Assembly: GCA_951406725.2 (NCBI GenBank)
Contig: OX597833.1
Span: 3,224,001-3,288,000, forward strand
DNA from: Octopus vulgaris
Taxonomy: Eukaryota
Direction: 5' to 3'
Length of the DNA stretch: 64,000 nucleotides
Shown here: positions 41,906-54,042 of the stretch, in pieces
Layout of the letters: each line of letters starts with the position of its first letter
Position numbering within the stretch: position 1 is the first letter of the stretch
Program-made: the position numbers and the translations under genes
Notes under the pieces: generated by a model
Databases searched by the model: none
What the model was told of the DNA's origin: nothing
What the model saw: only the letters and a program-made list of their open reading frames with translations

Positions 41906-42870
41906 ATAATAATGACTTCTAATTTTTACCGCAAGGGCAGCTTGTAGATAAAGTCGATTACATCAACCTCAATGCGTAACTGGTACTTATTTAATTGATC
42001 CTGAAAAGATGAAAGGCAAAGTCAACCTCAGCGAAATTTGAACTCAGAGTGTAGTGGCAGACAAAATACCACTGAGCATTTCGCCTGGCGTGCTAACGAT
42101 TCTGCCTATCTGTCTGAGTTCCTTGCTGTGACTTGACAAACAGTACAAACCCCCAGCAGACACAATATCTTCAATCAGCAACATCACGATATTGGATACT
42201 GTGCGATGTCTACAATAATAATAATAAATAATAATAATAACAATGTGTTTATTGTTTTATCATTTTTTTCATTTTTTCCTTTTTTTTTTGTTTTCATTTT
42301 CCGTTTTTCCATTTTCTCACCTTCTCTCCTCTGGTTCTTAAGTACTTTTTATTTCTTTTAACTTCTCTTAATTTAACATAACTTCCTCTGATTTATTTAG
42401 TTGTGAAATTTCATCCCCCTCCATTCCCTTCCTGACCTCCCCTACTGACAGCCTTACCTTGTCTTTCTATATTATAAGTAATAACAATAACAAAGCTATG
42501 TGTTAACTTCACAGGTGAGTGGTTAGCACCAAGAAGGTTATAATTTGGTTATGAACATGAAATGACTTTCTTCAACAAATAAACTATCTTTGGTATGCGA
42601 TCAAGCATCGGAAAACCAATTAAAATAAGTGTAAAAAAAAAAGAAAGGTAAAGGAAGAGAAAAAGAAAGGAAGGAGCAATCAAATGTGAATAAGTTCTCT
42701 GGGTTTGTGATCTTAGTTGGATGAGAGATAAACCTCACCCTGGAAAGGTAGCTAGTCTGTCACAAATAACATTCCTCAAATATTTCGCATTCGTTCTTGG
42801 TAAACTTACAAATAATAGCCAACCGAACGCATACACATGCATATACACATGCATACACACACATTCATGT

Positions 42871-42916
<46 letters not shown>

Positions 42917-43502
42917 ACACACACATACATACATATCCTTTCTATTATAGGCACAAGGTCTGAAATTTTGGGGAAGGGGGCCAGTCAAGTAGATCGACCT
43001 CAGTACACAACTGGTACTTAATTTATCAACCCTGAAAGGATGAAAGTCAAAGTTGACCTCAGTGGAATTTGAACTCAGAACATATAGACAGATGAAATAC
43101 CACTAAGCATTTAGCCCAGTGTGCTAATGTTTCTGACAGATCACCTTATTTCATCATCATCATCATCATCATCATCATTTAACATCCGCTTTCTATGCTA
43201 GCATGGGTCGGACGATTTGACTGAGGACTGGTGAATCAGATGGCTGCACCAGGCTCCAATCTGATCTGGCAGAGTTTCTAAAGCTGGATGCCCTTCTTAA
43301 CACCAACCACTCTGAGAGTGTAGTACCATTCCGAGAGTGTAGTGTTTATATATATATATATGTTTATATTTATATATATATACATGTGTGTATGTATGTA
43401 TATATATAGTTAATCCAAACAAGAAAGCACAAAACACACAACACGAGGACGTGGAACAAATATAGTATTATTGGACGTTCAGGAAAGAAGGAAAGAAGGA
43501 GG

Positions 43503-43537
43503 GTTTAACGTTTCGAGCAGAGCTCTTCGTCGGAAAC
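43503..43537 (-). ncRNA. Minimal hammerhead fold (family B, CCGACGA core)
   Basis: Minus strand GTTT-CCGACGA-A-GAGC(TCT)GCTC-GAA-ACGT-T-AAAC. The palindromic AACGTT replaces stem III. It lies in a ~190-bp element (43408-43610) homologous to 60290-60497. Confidence 0.6.
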
Positions 43538-43774
43538 ATAGGAGAAGGAAAGATCCAGAGAAGGGAAGACAGAGGAAAAAAAAATCGGCAACGGTACACA
43601 CGAGGTCACAATTTGAAAGACCGATATATATATACAAGAGGTGATGGTGTCACTGAGACCCAAAGGTGTCAGGTAATGCTGAATAAGTGCTATAGACAGA
43701 CCACAGTTAAGTTCCAGATTCGGTAATATTGCGAATAAAGGGTTCAACGTTGGTTCTATGTCAACGTGTGTATA

Positions 43775-44180
43775 TATGAATTTTTTTGCACAATGAGATA
43801 AAAAACCAAGGTTGTATAGATATTAGAGCATTTATAGATAGAAGGTCTTACAGTTGTTTCTGGGATATTAATTAATAATATCCTTTCATCGGAGATGGTG
43901 TGAGAGGAAAAATTAAGTCATAGTTAGTTTCGATGTGATACATATATCACATATCTTACATATCTTACATACCATACATATCTTACACCTGTTTTCTTTC
44001 TTCCACCTCACTCTCTATTTGTATCACATCGAAGCTAACTATGACTTAATTTTTCCCCTCACACCGTCTCCGATAAAGGGATATTATTAATTAATATCCT
44101 AGAAAGACCTATCAATAAATGCTGTAATATTTATACAGCCTTGGTTTTTTTTTATCTCATTACGAAAAAAATTCTTATAT
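43775..44180. repeat. Large inverted repeat (~165-bp arms) with a hammerhead-like motif in each arm
   Basis: aatgagataaaaaaccaaggttgtata...tcgatgtgataca versus tgtatcacatcgaa...tatacagccttggttttttttatctcatt. Confidence 0.85.
43845..43896 (-). ncRNA. Hammerhead fold (family C)
   Basis: Minus strand TCT-CCGATGA-AA-GGATATTA(TTAAT)TAATATCC-CA-GAA-ACAACTGT-A-AGA. The partner copy at ~44066-44110 has lost stem III. Confidence 0.5.
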
Positions 44181-44233
44181 ATATATATATTTCTTTTGCA
44201 AGATTTTTGATGTGAAATCGTGTGTTGAAACAG

Positions 44234-44470
44234 ATATTGTTGTATTTAGGAATGGTCACTTTGCCAGTTTAGCCAATAAAATTAGACACACAAATAAGAA
44301 AGAAGAAAGGAAAGGACCACTGATATGGTCACAGGAGTGTGACGAAAGAACTCTGGCCAAAATAAGATTAAGATTAATGTAAAAAATAAATAACGCTGAA
44401 GCAAAGTAACACCAAATATATAGTGCGTGTGTTTTTATTGGCTAAACTGGCAAAATGACCATTCCTAAAT

Positions 44471-44480
<10 letters not shown>
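44234..44480. repeat. Inverted repeat (~48-bp arms)
   Basis: atattgttgtatttaggaatggtcactttgccagtttagccaataaaa / ttttattggctaaactggcaaaatgaccattcctaaatacaacaatat. Confidence 0.9.
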
Positions 44481-44509
<29 letters not shown>

Positions 44510-44579
44510 TAGGAATAAATCCAAATTTACAGGGAAAAAATCAGATTTAGGATTAAATCAATTTTATAGTAAAATATTA

Positions 44580-44732
44580 TATAATATTATTAGAGAAAAC
44601 CACTATTTTGCAAACAAACAAGGAAAGACTTAATCAATACATAAAATTTTAATAAAAGTCAAAAAGTCAATTTTATTAAAATTTTATGTATGATTAAGTC
44701 TTTCCTGTTTGTTTTCAAAATGTGTTTTTCTA

Positions 44733-44742
<10 letters not shown>
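44580..44742. repeat. Inverted repeat (~70-bp arms, short loop)
   Basis: ggaaagacttaatcaatacataaaattttaataaaa / ttttattaaaattttatgtatgattaagtctttcc. Confidence 0.85.
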
Positions 44743-44782
<40 letters not shown>

Positions 44783-44784
<2 letters not shown>

Positions 44785-44965
44785 AAGAGGAATGAATAGT
44801 TGGTGGACTCCTAATATGCTAAATGTAGACCCCATATGTATCTTGCTCACTTTACATTCTGGCTTTTGCTGAATTTTCTTGAGAACAATTTTTTCTTAGT
44901 GGTCAGATCATATGGGGTCTACATTTAGCATATTAGGAGTCCACCTAGTGGCCATTCCTCTTATA
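44783..44965. repeat. Inverted repeat (~65-bp arms)
   Basis: ggtggactcctaatatgctaaatgtagaccccatatg / catatggggtctacatttagcatattaggagtccacc. Confidence 0.9.
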
Positions 44966-45695
44966 AGTAATATAATTTTCTGAATCTTCAGATTTTTTTC
45001 AATATGCTAGGCCACTGGTTTAATTTGATATTAATCTAATCAAATTAATGGATGCTCTTCTCAATGCAAGCCTTTTACAGAGTGTACTGGATGCATTTTA
45101 CATACATACACACACTCATAAAGTTAAAGAGCCCCTTTGGTCATGAATGACCATGAAATTGCACCAAGAAAGTTCCCCTCTAAGGCACAAGTCCAGGCAA
45201 GGTTGAATGTATGGAAGACCAGCAGTCACCCATGCATACCAGCCTCTCCTCACCATGCCACTGATGTTATCCAAGGGAAAGGCAAAGGGGCCGATACAGC
45301 TTGGCACCAGTGACATTGCAACTCACCTCTATAGTTGAGTGAACTGGAGCAACGTTAAATAAAGTGTTTTGTTCAAGAGCACAACACACAGCCCAGTCCA
45401 GGAATTGAACTCACTACCTCATGATTGTGAGCCCGACACTCTAACCGCTGAGTTCAATGAGAACAATTAAACAAGATCATTGATGAGGATCTGTGCCAAA
45501 CAGTGGGACTGAACCTGGCATTATGAGGTTGGGAAATAAGCTTTTTACCACACAGCCACATCAGGTGTTTATTCATTAGTCAGCTGGATCAAAGTTGATC
45601 TGGGGTTAAAGAATAAATAACAAACAACCTCACACATACACATATTTGGTTAATGAGAGACAGAAAATGGAAGATACAAGATTTTTAATTAATAA

Positions 45696-47398
45696 CTTCA
45701 ATTATTTTCAACCCACGTGACATCAATTCTTCACATGTATTGCATTATCAGATAAATTTACTCATTTCTTTCCAATTTTCTTTGAATTAACACGAAAAAT
45801 ATTTTTATCGTAGGACAGAGTGGCTGTGTGGTAAGTAGCTTGCTTACCAACCACATGGTTCCAGGTTCAGTCCCACTGTGTGGCATCTTTGGCAAGTGTC
45901 TTCTGCTATAGCCTCGGGCCGACCAATGCCTTGTGAGTGGATTTGGTAGACGGAAACTGAAAGAAGCCTGTCGTATATACATGTATATATTTATGTATGT
46001 GTGTGTATATGTTTGTGTGTCTGTGTTTGTTCCCCTAGCATTGCTTGACAACCGATGCTGGTGTGTTTACGTCTCCGTCACTTAGCGGTTCGGCAAAAGA
46101 GACTGATAGAATAAGTACTAGGCTTACAAAGAATAAGTCCCGGGGTCGATTTGCTCGACTAAAGGCAGTGCTCCAGCATGGCCGCAGTCAAAATGACTGA
46201 AACAAGTAAAAGAGTAAAGGAGAGAGAGTACTTTCTGTTTGGTGGCAGAGTGGGTTGGTGGGGGGTTTAGCGTCGGCTGCGGGGTCACTCCGAAAAGCTC
46301 TATCTGTGACGATTTCATCTCAATTGAAGGAGAGGGGCTTTCTCCATCCGGGTTGCGGATCCGTGGAATAAGCTGCCGGACGAGATAATGAAGATGCCAA
46401 TGACCGCTCGGTTCAAAGTCTCCCTTGACCACAAGTGGACTGAACTCTTTACATGAACACCACCCTGTACATAACTCCATGTCCCCCTACATGGCCTTGC
46501 TTTTTGCTTTTTGGGCCAAAAAATTAACTAACTAACTAACTAACCTCATCGGCTCTCTATGTTCCAGATAACTTCTTAAGTTCAATGAAGACGGTTGAAC
46601 AAGATCATCGATGAGGATCTGTGGCAAACAGTGGGACTGAACCTGGTATTATGAGGTGGAACATAGAGAGCCGATGAGGTTAGTTAGTTAGTTAGTTAAT
46701 TTATTGGCTCAAAAAGCAAAAAGCAAGGCCATGTAGGGGGACATGGAGTTATGTACAGGGAGGGTGTTCATGCAAAGAGTTCAGGCCATTTGTGGTCAAG
46801 GGAGACTTCGAACCGAGCGGTCGTCGGCATCTTCACTATCTCGTTCGGCAGCTTATTCCACGGATCCGCAACCCGGATGGAGAAAGCCCCTCTCCTTCAA
46901 TTGAGATGAAATCGTCACAGATAGAGCTTTTCGGAGTGACCCCGCAGCCGACGCTCTGGAACAGGAGTGAAGAACAGCTCTTTCGAGAATTGTAAAAACC
47001 ATTTCTGTGCAGGTCTTTCAGTAATAATGCCTTCTTTGTACACAACCCCAAATATCTCAAATACCCTCTGGTAGCTTCTGAACCTTGAGTGAAAGCAAAG
47101 AGAAGCAGGTATCAAAAATGCTCATTTTCAAAATTTCTGTTTTCTACTTGGCACTCTGTTGTTTTGTGTCTAAAACAGAGGTAGAATTTATTCAAATTTC
47201 AAAAACTGTACAGCAAAAGTTGTAGAGGAAGAATAGAGCTAAACCCCCCACCAACCCACTCTGCCACCAATCAGAAAGTACTAGGATGAAAATATGTTTT
47301 GTGTTAAATCAAAGAAAATTGGAAAGAAATGAGTAAATTTATCTGATAATGCAATACACGTGAGGAATTGATGTCACGTGGGTTGAAAACAATTGAAG
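45696..47398. repeat. Inverted segmental duplication (arms 45696-46566 and 46657-47398)
   Basis: The arms are reverse complements apart from a SINE-B insertion (45814-46228) in the left arm and 46956-47237, which is missing from the left arm. Confidence 0.9.
46680..46990 (-). mobile_element. CR1-clade LINE 3' end with (TAAC)n tail; inverted copy at ~46269-46545
   Basis: FTPVPERRLRGHSEKL...RRGAFSIRVADPWNKLP...SLDHKW matches the CR1 ORF2 C-terminal RGH..KL / FS.R...WN.LP pattern; in-frame stops are present. Confidence 0.8.
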
Positions 47399-47914
47399 GT
47401 TGATCTGGGGTTAAAGAATAAATAACAAACAACCACAGAAAGAAGAAAGAAGGAGACATTAAATTATTGTAGTCCAAGATACACTTTGCCTGAAAAATAT
47501 GGGCTGGTCATGGCTGAAGCTCAATCAGGGCTGACTTGGATCTAAGCAACAATAACTAGAAGGAAGGGCACATTGGGCAATGGAGGCTAAGATAGACTTG
47601 GCCTACATAATGCTGACCTGGTGCAAAAGATCTCAAGGAGATCAACAGGAAGGAAGGACACATAGGATAATGTTGACCTAGATACACTTGGGTGCACTTT
47701 GATTATAAAGTTTGCTTGAATAAAACTGACAAGAAGAAGAAGAAGGAGAAGGGGAGGGAGAAGAAGAAGAAGAAGAAGAAGAAGGAGGAGGAGGAGGAGG
47801 AGGAGGAGGAGAAGAAAGAGAAGAACAACAACTACTAGTTCAGAGCAAAGCTAAATGGGACAGACAGGTGAGCTATCAAGCAAACTAAGAGAATATCATG
47901 TTCTATCCGATTTC

Positions 47915-49000
47915 TACACCACTGCTACCACCACCACCACCACCACCACCACCACCACCACTATCATTAACACCACCATCATCAACAACAGCAACAACAA
48001 ACTACCCTCACTGCAACGTCATCTTTACAACCACCACCACCATCACCACCACCACTACCACCACCACCACCACTACCACCACCACCACCATCACCATCAC
48101 CACCACCACTACCACCACCACCACCACCACCACCACCACCACCACCACCATCACCACCACCACTACCACCACCACCACCACTACCACCACCACCACCATC
48201 ACCACCACCACTACCACCACCACATCACCACTACCACTACCATTGCTGCCACTACCACCCCAGGACCACCACGACCACCATGACCACAACCACCATGACT
48301 ACCCTCATTGCCACTACCACAACAACCACCACCTCTGACCATCTTCACCAGCTCTGACCATCCTCACCACCTCTCAAACTTTGGCCATCACCATATATCA
48401 CCACAGCCACTACCTCTGGCTACCACCCCACGACCCTTGTCCACTAGTACCCCGCCACCTCTCCACGAATTTTGGCCACCACCACCACCACCATCTCTGG
48501 CCACCACCCCATGGCCTTGGGCCATGAGCACCCACCCACCTTTGGCCACCACCCTCTCCACGAATTTTGGTCACCATCACCACCACCACTACAATCACAA
48601 TCTCTGGCCACCACCCCATGACCTTTGGCCACTAGCACCCTGCCAACTCTGTCCACCCCCACCTCTCCACGAATTTTAGCCACCACCACCACCACCATCA
48701 CAGCCACCACCTCTGGCCACTACGCTCTTCGGCCACTAACACTCCACCACCTCTGGCCACCATTGCCTCTCCAAGAACTTTGGCAACCAACACCACCACC
48801 ACCACCACCTCTGGCCACTAGCACCCCACCAATCTGGCCACCCCCGCCTCCCCACGAACTTTGACCACCACCACCACCACCACCATCACAGCCACCACCT
48901 CTGGCCACCATGATCTTCGGCCACTAGCACTCCACCACCTCTGGCCACCCCCGCTACCCCACGAACTTTGGCCACCACCACCACCACCACTACCACCACC
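47915..49000. repeat. (CAC)n tract grading into a degenerate minisatellite (ctctggccacc / ctccacgaattttggccacc units)
   Basis: Recurrent motifs from 48380 to 49000. Confidence 0.85.
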
Positions 49001-49506
49001 TCTATCATTACTCGCAGTGTGGGAAGGTGTGGTCAAGCGAAATCCAATACAGCAGAGTAAAACAGCACGGCCGGCTGGCGTGTGTTAGCATATCGTATCG
49101 TATTGATGCTTGCGATCGAGAGAAAGAAAGAGCAAGAGCGAGAGAGAGAGATGTGACCTGCAAGATTTCTTTAGGTCAGACAGTTATGCATCGCATAAAG
49201 GAGTCAACCATGATTCATTCATTGTTGGTCATGTGATGAAAGATCTTGTAATAAGTCCATAACGAGGTGACGAGGTTTGAGGCAGAGACTGCGGCTTTTG
49301 CACAACGCTGGATCAACGCGACCAGATGACATAAGCACAACGCTTTCTTCTGTGACCAGTTCCCAAGTATCTGGGTACATGTATTACGTATAGGCATGTG
49401 TATGTGTGCATGTATGCATATGTATGTAGGTACGTTTGTATGTGTGTGTGTGTGTATATATATATATCAATATATATTTACATGTATATGCATATATATA
49501 TATATG

Positions 49507-49694
<188 letters not shown>

Positions 49695-49695
49695 C

Positions 49696-49727
<32 letters not shown>

Positions 49728-50322
49728 AGGAAGTAAGTAGTAGTAGTAGACCGATAGAATAAGTACTGGGCTTACAAAGAATAAGTCCCGGGGTCGATTT
49801 GCTCGACTAAAGGCGGTGCTCCAGCATGGCCGCAGTCAAATGACTGAAACAAGTAAAAGAGAAAAGAGAAAGAGATATATATACGTGGTGTGTATGTATG
49901 TATCTACATATATATATGCATACATACATTCTCTTATTTTTCTACTATTTTGCTTGTTTTAGTCATTTGACTGTGGCCATGCTGGAGCACCACCTTTAGT
50001 CGAAGAAATCAACTCCAGGACTTATTCCTTGTATGCCTAGTACTTATTCTATCAATCTCTTTTGCCAAACCACTAAGTTACAGGGACACACACATGCCAA
50101 CATTGGTGTGCTTGTGTGCCTGTGAATGTGTAGGTGTGCATGTGTGTGTGTGTGTGTGTCTGTCTGTCTGTCTGTCTGTGTGTCTCTCTGTCTGTGTTTG
50201 TCCCCCACCACTGCTGGTGGTGTTGGTGTGTTTACTTCTCTATAACTTAGCAGTTCAGCAAAAGGACATCGTGTCCCAACAGCTAACATCTGATGCAGGT
50301 AATTTATTCCATGATTGAGATG

Positions 50323-50394
50323 TCCTCGGTAGTATAGTGGTAAGTATCCCCGCCTGTCACGCGGGAGACCGGGGTTCGATTACCCGCCGGGGAG
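50323..50394 (+). tRNA. tRNA-Asp-GTC: tRNA-Asp(GTC), probably defective (C61A)
   Basis: TCCTCGGTAGTATAGTGGTAAGTATCCCCGCCTGTCACGCGGGAGACCGGGGTTCGATTACCCGCCGGGGAG. The acceptor stem TCCTCGG/CCGGGGA pairs, the anticodon is GTC, and TTTT follows at 50404-50407. The A at 50382 breaks the G53-C61 pair and the B box. Confidence 0.85.
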
Positions 50395-50407
50395 GCATCT
50401 TAATTTT

Positions 50408-50618
50408 GCCAGCCTCGCTTGGCACCTGTGCCGGTGGCACGTAAAAAGCACCCACTACATTCACGGAGTGGTTGGCGTTAGGAAGGGCATCCAGCTGTAG
50501 AAACACTGCCAGACCAGACTGGAGCCTGGTGCAGCCTTCTAGCTTCCCAGATCCCTGGTCGAACCGTCCAACCCACGCCAGCATGGAGAACGGACGTTAA
50601 ATGATGATGATGATGATT
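50408..50618 (+). mobile_element. SINE-C 3' part directly behind the tRNA
   Basis: ggcacgtaaaaagcacccactac...ggcgttaggaagggcatcc...ggacgttaaatgatgatga. Confidence 0.85.
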
Positions 50619-51207
50619 CAGCAATTCTTAATGTGAAAAAAAATGTTCCTGAAAGTCATGGGCGCTGTGTTGTTTTCCGATTTTGTAAGCATGTCCATGG
50701 GTGTTAAATGTATGGAATTCAAAAAGGTGCCCAAGGTTGTTGTTGTTATTGGAAACATGGTGGCTAATCTTGTAGGGATCTACCAAGTCAGTTGCCAGAC
50801 ATCGGAGCTTTCATGTATCCATGCCATGAAACTATCCTCACAAAGGTGCCGTAAATGGCAAAAATTCCATTGTTTTCAAAAGAGATTATGTAAAGACTTC
50901 AAGACTAAGAATCCGATGGCAATGTGATGAAGACTCATGATTCATAGATTCAGATCTTCGCCTTTGAACTCAGATTTTTATGCTTCCGGTTCCTTTTGGC
51001 ATGTTTTCCAAATGGCAGTGACTGTTTCGCCTATCCTATACAGTATTGATCTCTTCATCTAAACATAGCAATGATGTCACAGAAAGAAAGATCAAATAAG
51101 GAAATGGTGTCTGTGTATATGTGCTTATTGAAATTTCTGTCTACCTATATATCTATACATATCTACACACACACACATACAGATTCATGTATTTCTACAA
51201 ACTATCC

Positions 51208-51256
<49 letters not shown>

Positions 51257-51271
51257 ATATGTGTGTGTGTG

Positions 51272-51327
<56 letters not shown>

Positions 51328-51630
51328 CCGATTGCTAGTGATCCGGTTCTTGACTGAAGATTGAAGGCTTCGAATGTCCCGTCCGTGTTTTCTGTATCGT
51401 CTTCTAAATGTTTTACGTTCTTGTCCCAGTTTGTATTTATATGTATATATATATATATATCAGGCATGGCTGTGTCATAAGTTTCCTTCCCATCACATGA
51501 GTCCCACTGCATGGCACCTTGGGTAGATTTGGCTGATGGAAACTGGAAAAAACTTGTAATGTTGTATATATGTGTATAGACCGTTAGCTCCTACACACAT
51601 TTTTTTCTCTCCTTGTTTTTTTTCTGTGTA

Positions 51631-51669
51631 TCTTTCTGTCGAAGAGCGTAGGCTCGAAACGTAAAAGAC
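51631..51669 (+). ncRNA. Minimal hammerhead fold (family B variant)
   Basis: TCTTT-CTGTCGA-A-GAGC(GTAG)GCTC-GAA-ACGT-A-AAAGA, with a 5-bp stem I and an A6-to-U core change. A decayed homologue lies at ~54832-54868. Confidence 0.5.
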
Positions 51670-51992
51670 TTTTTCTATTTCTATTCCTGAGCGCTATACT
51701 AATACATTTGTTTGTTTGTACTCCACCTGCCTTCGTCTTTTGTTTATTTTCGTGAACCTTCCCCTTATACATATACATATATGTGTGTGTGTGTGTGTGT
51801 GTGTACATATATCTGTATAAATGGAAATTGAGGGAATGGAACAGGCTACGTATGTTTCCTAGCTGGCAGATCTTCAGATGTAATAATTACTCAATGAGAG
51901 GTACTCCACTAGCTACTCACATATATATATATATATATATATATATGAAACAATTGTACTAAAAACTAATCCATTCTTGTTGCTTCTTTCTC

Positions 51993-52088
<96 letters not shown>

Positions 52089-52806
52089 CACGCACATAGG
52101 GTCGATTAAAAAAGTACCAGTTACGCACTAGGGTCGACGTGATTGACTTAATCCCTTTGTCTGTCCTTGTTTGTCCCCTCCATTTTTAGCCCTCTGTTGG
52201 CAATAAAGAAATATATATATATATATAAGATACAAACATACATACATATATATACTTATGTATGTATGTATCCGTACACACACATGCACGCGCAACCACA
52301 GAGCCTACTTACGTCACAAGACCTTTCGTATGAAGCAGTGTAGAAACATCAATGAAGGCACATAGTATTTACAGGAAGTTCATCCTAGCAATTACAACAT
52401 GCAATGCTTGTAGTTCATTATTTTATTTTTAATTGATTAATCTCCTTACAGCTGTAGTTCATTGCAATAATCTGTCTGTAGCTGGTCACAGAGAACTCTC
52501 GTTTTGGTCTGTGTGTGTGTGTGTGTGTTGTGCATTAGATGAATTTGATAGATCAATTAACGAAAGAGAAAATGAACAAAAAAGACCGGTCGCAGTTTAG
52601 GGTTTGTGTTTGTTGTTTAATGGTGAAGTAAATGATTTACTGACCGTAAAGTGGCTTTGTGGTAAGTAGCTTGTTTACCAACCACGTGGTTCCAGGTTCA
52701 GTCCCTCTGCGTGGCATCTTGGGCAAGTGTCTTCTACTATAGCCTCGGGCCGACCAAAGCCTTGTGAGTGGATTTGGTAGACGGAAACTGAAAGAAGCCC
52801 GTCGTA

Positions 52807-52868
<62 letters not shown>

Positions 52869-52965
52869 GAGATAGGGGTTGAAAATTCAACCCACCATGG
52901 GATAACATATATCCTGGTTGATGTTTGATTGATTTAAGTATGTTTCTCCATTTTCTAATTTTGTA

Positions 52966-53012
<47 letters not shown>

Positions 53013-53627
53013 CGTGTGTATATGTTTGTGTGTCTGTGTTTGTGCCCCTAGCATTGCTTGACAACCGATGCTGGTGTGTTTATGTCCCCGTTACTTAGCG
53101 GTTCGGCAAAAGAGACCGATAGGATAAGTACTGAGCTTACAAAGAATAAGTCCCGGGGTCGAGTTGCTTGATTAAAGCCGGTGCTCCAGCATGGCCGCAG
53201 TCAAATGACTGAAACGAGTAAAAGAGTAAAGATAGTACAATGATGGTGTGTGTGTGGGTGTGAATATGTATATATGTTTCTTTATTAGCCACACAGGGCT
53301 GCACACCGATGGGACAGATTACGAAGTAGAGCTTTTCTTTATGAGGAGAAAAGAAAAAAAATGGGATAGGTTTTCGATCAAAAGGGATCATAAAGGGGAA
53401 AGAAAGAAAAAAAAGGAAAGAAAAGAAAAAAAAATTTTTTTGAATCGATCAATAGGGATCATGTATCACAGAAATGTCATGATGTAAAATGTAAAGGGGG
53501 TGGAAAGAAAAGCCTACGGAAAAGACCACGGTAGCCTCGGTCAATAGTGTCACTTGTGAATATGCATATATATATATATATGTGTGTGTGTTGTGTGTGT
53601 ATGTGTGTTTGTATGTATGTATATATA

Positions 53628-53717
<90 letters not shown>

Positions 53718-53755
53718 GTATGTATGTATGTATGTATATCACATATACATATATG

Positions 53756-53992
53756 AGGCACAATTGCCCACTGGTTAGGGCAGTTGACTCACAGTCGTAG
53801 GATCACGGTTTCGATTCCCAGACCAGGCATTGTGGGTGTTTATTGAGCGAAAACACCTAAAGCTCCACGCGGCTCCGGCAGGAGATGGTGGTGATCCCTG
53901 CTGTACTCTTCCACCACAATGTTCTCTCCCTCTTTCTTCCTGTTTCTGTTGTACCCGTATTTCAAAGGGCCAGCCTTGTCACCCACTGTGTC
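53756..53992 (+). mobile_element. tRNA-headed SINE-like element (distinct family)
   Basis: ggcacaattgcccactggttagggcagttgactc...ggtttcgattccc with A/B-box-like spacing, followed by an unrelated body. Confidence 0.55.
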
Positions 53993-54042
53993 ATACTGGG
54001 TTGATCTAATCGACTGACCCCCTCCCCAAAAATGTTGGGCCT

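Noticed and set aside
50620-51110. Unique segment possibly coding (ORF 50643-50927; minus-strand YRIGETVTAIWK)
   Set aside because: The frames are short, no motif can be assigned, and I cannot distinguish it from a decayed transposon or intergenic DNA.
52305-52390. Strong minus-strand donor gac|gtaagt
   Set aside because: All three upstream frames contain stops nearby. It could be a non-coding exon, but that cannot be supported from sequence alone.
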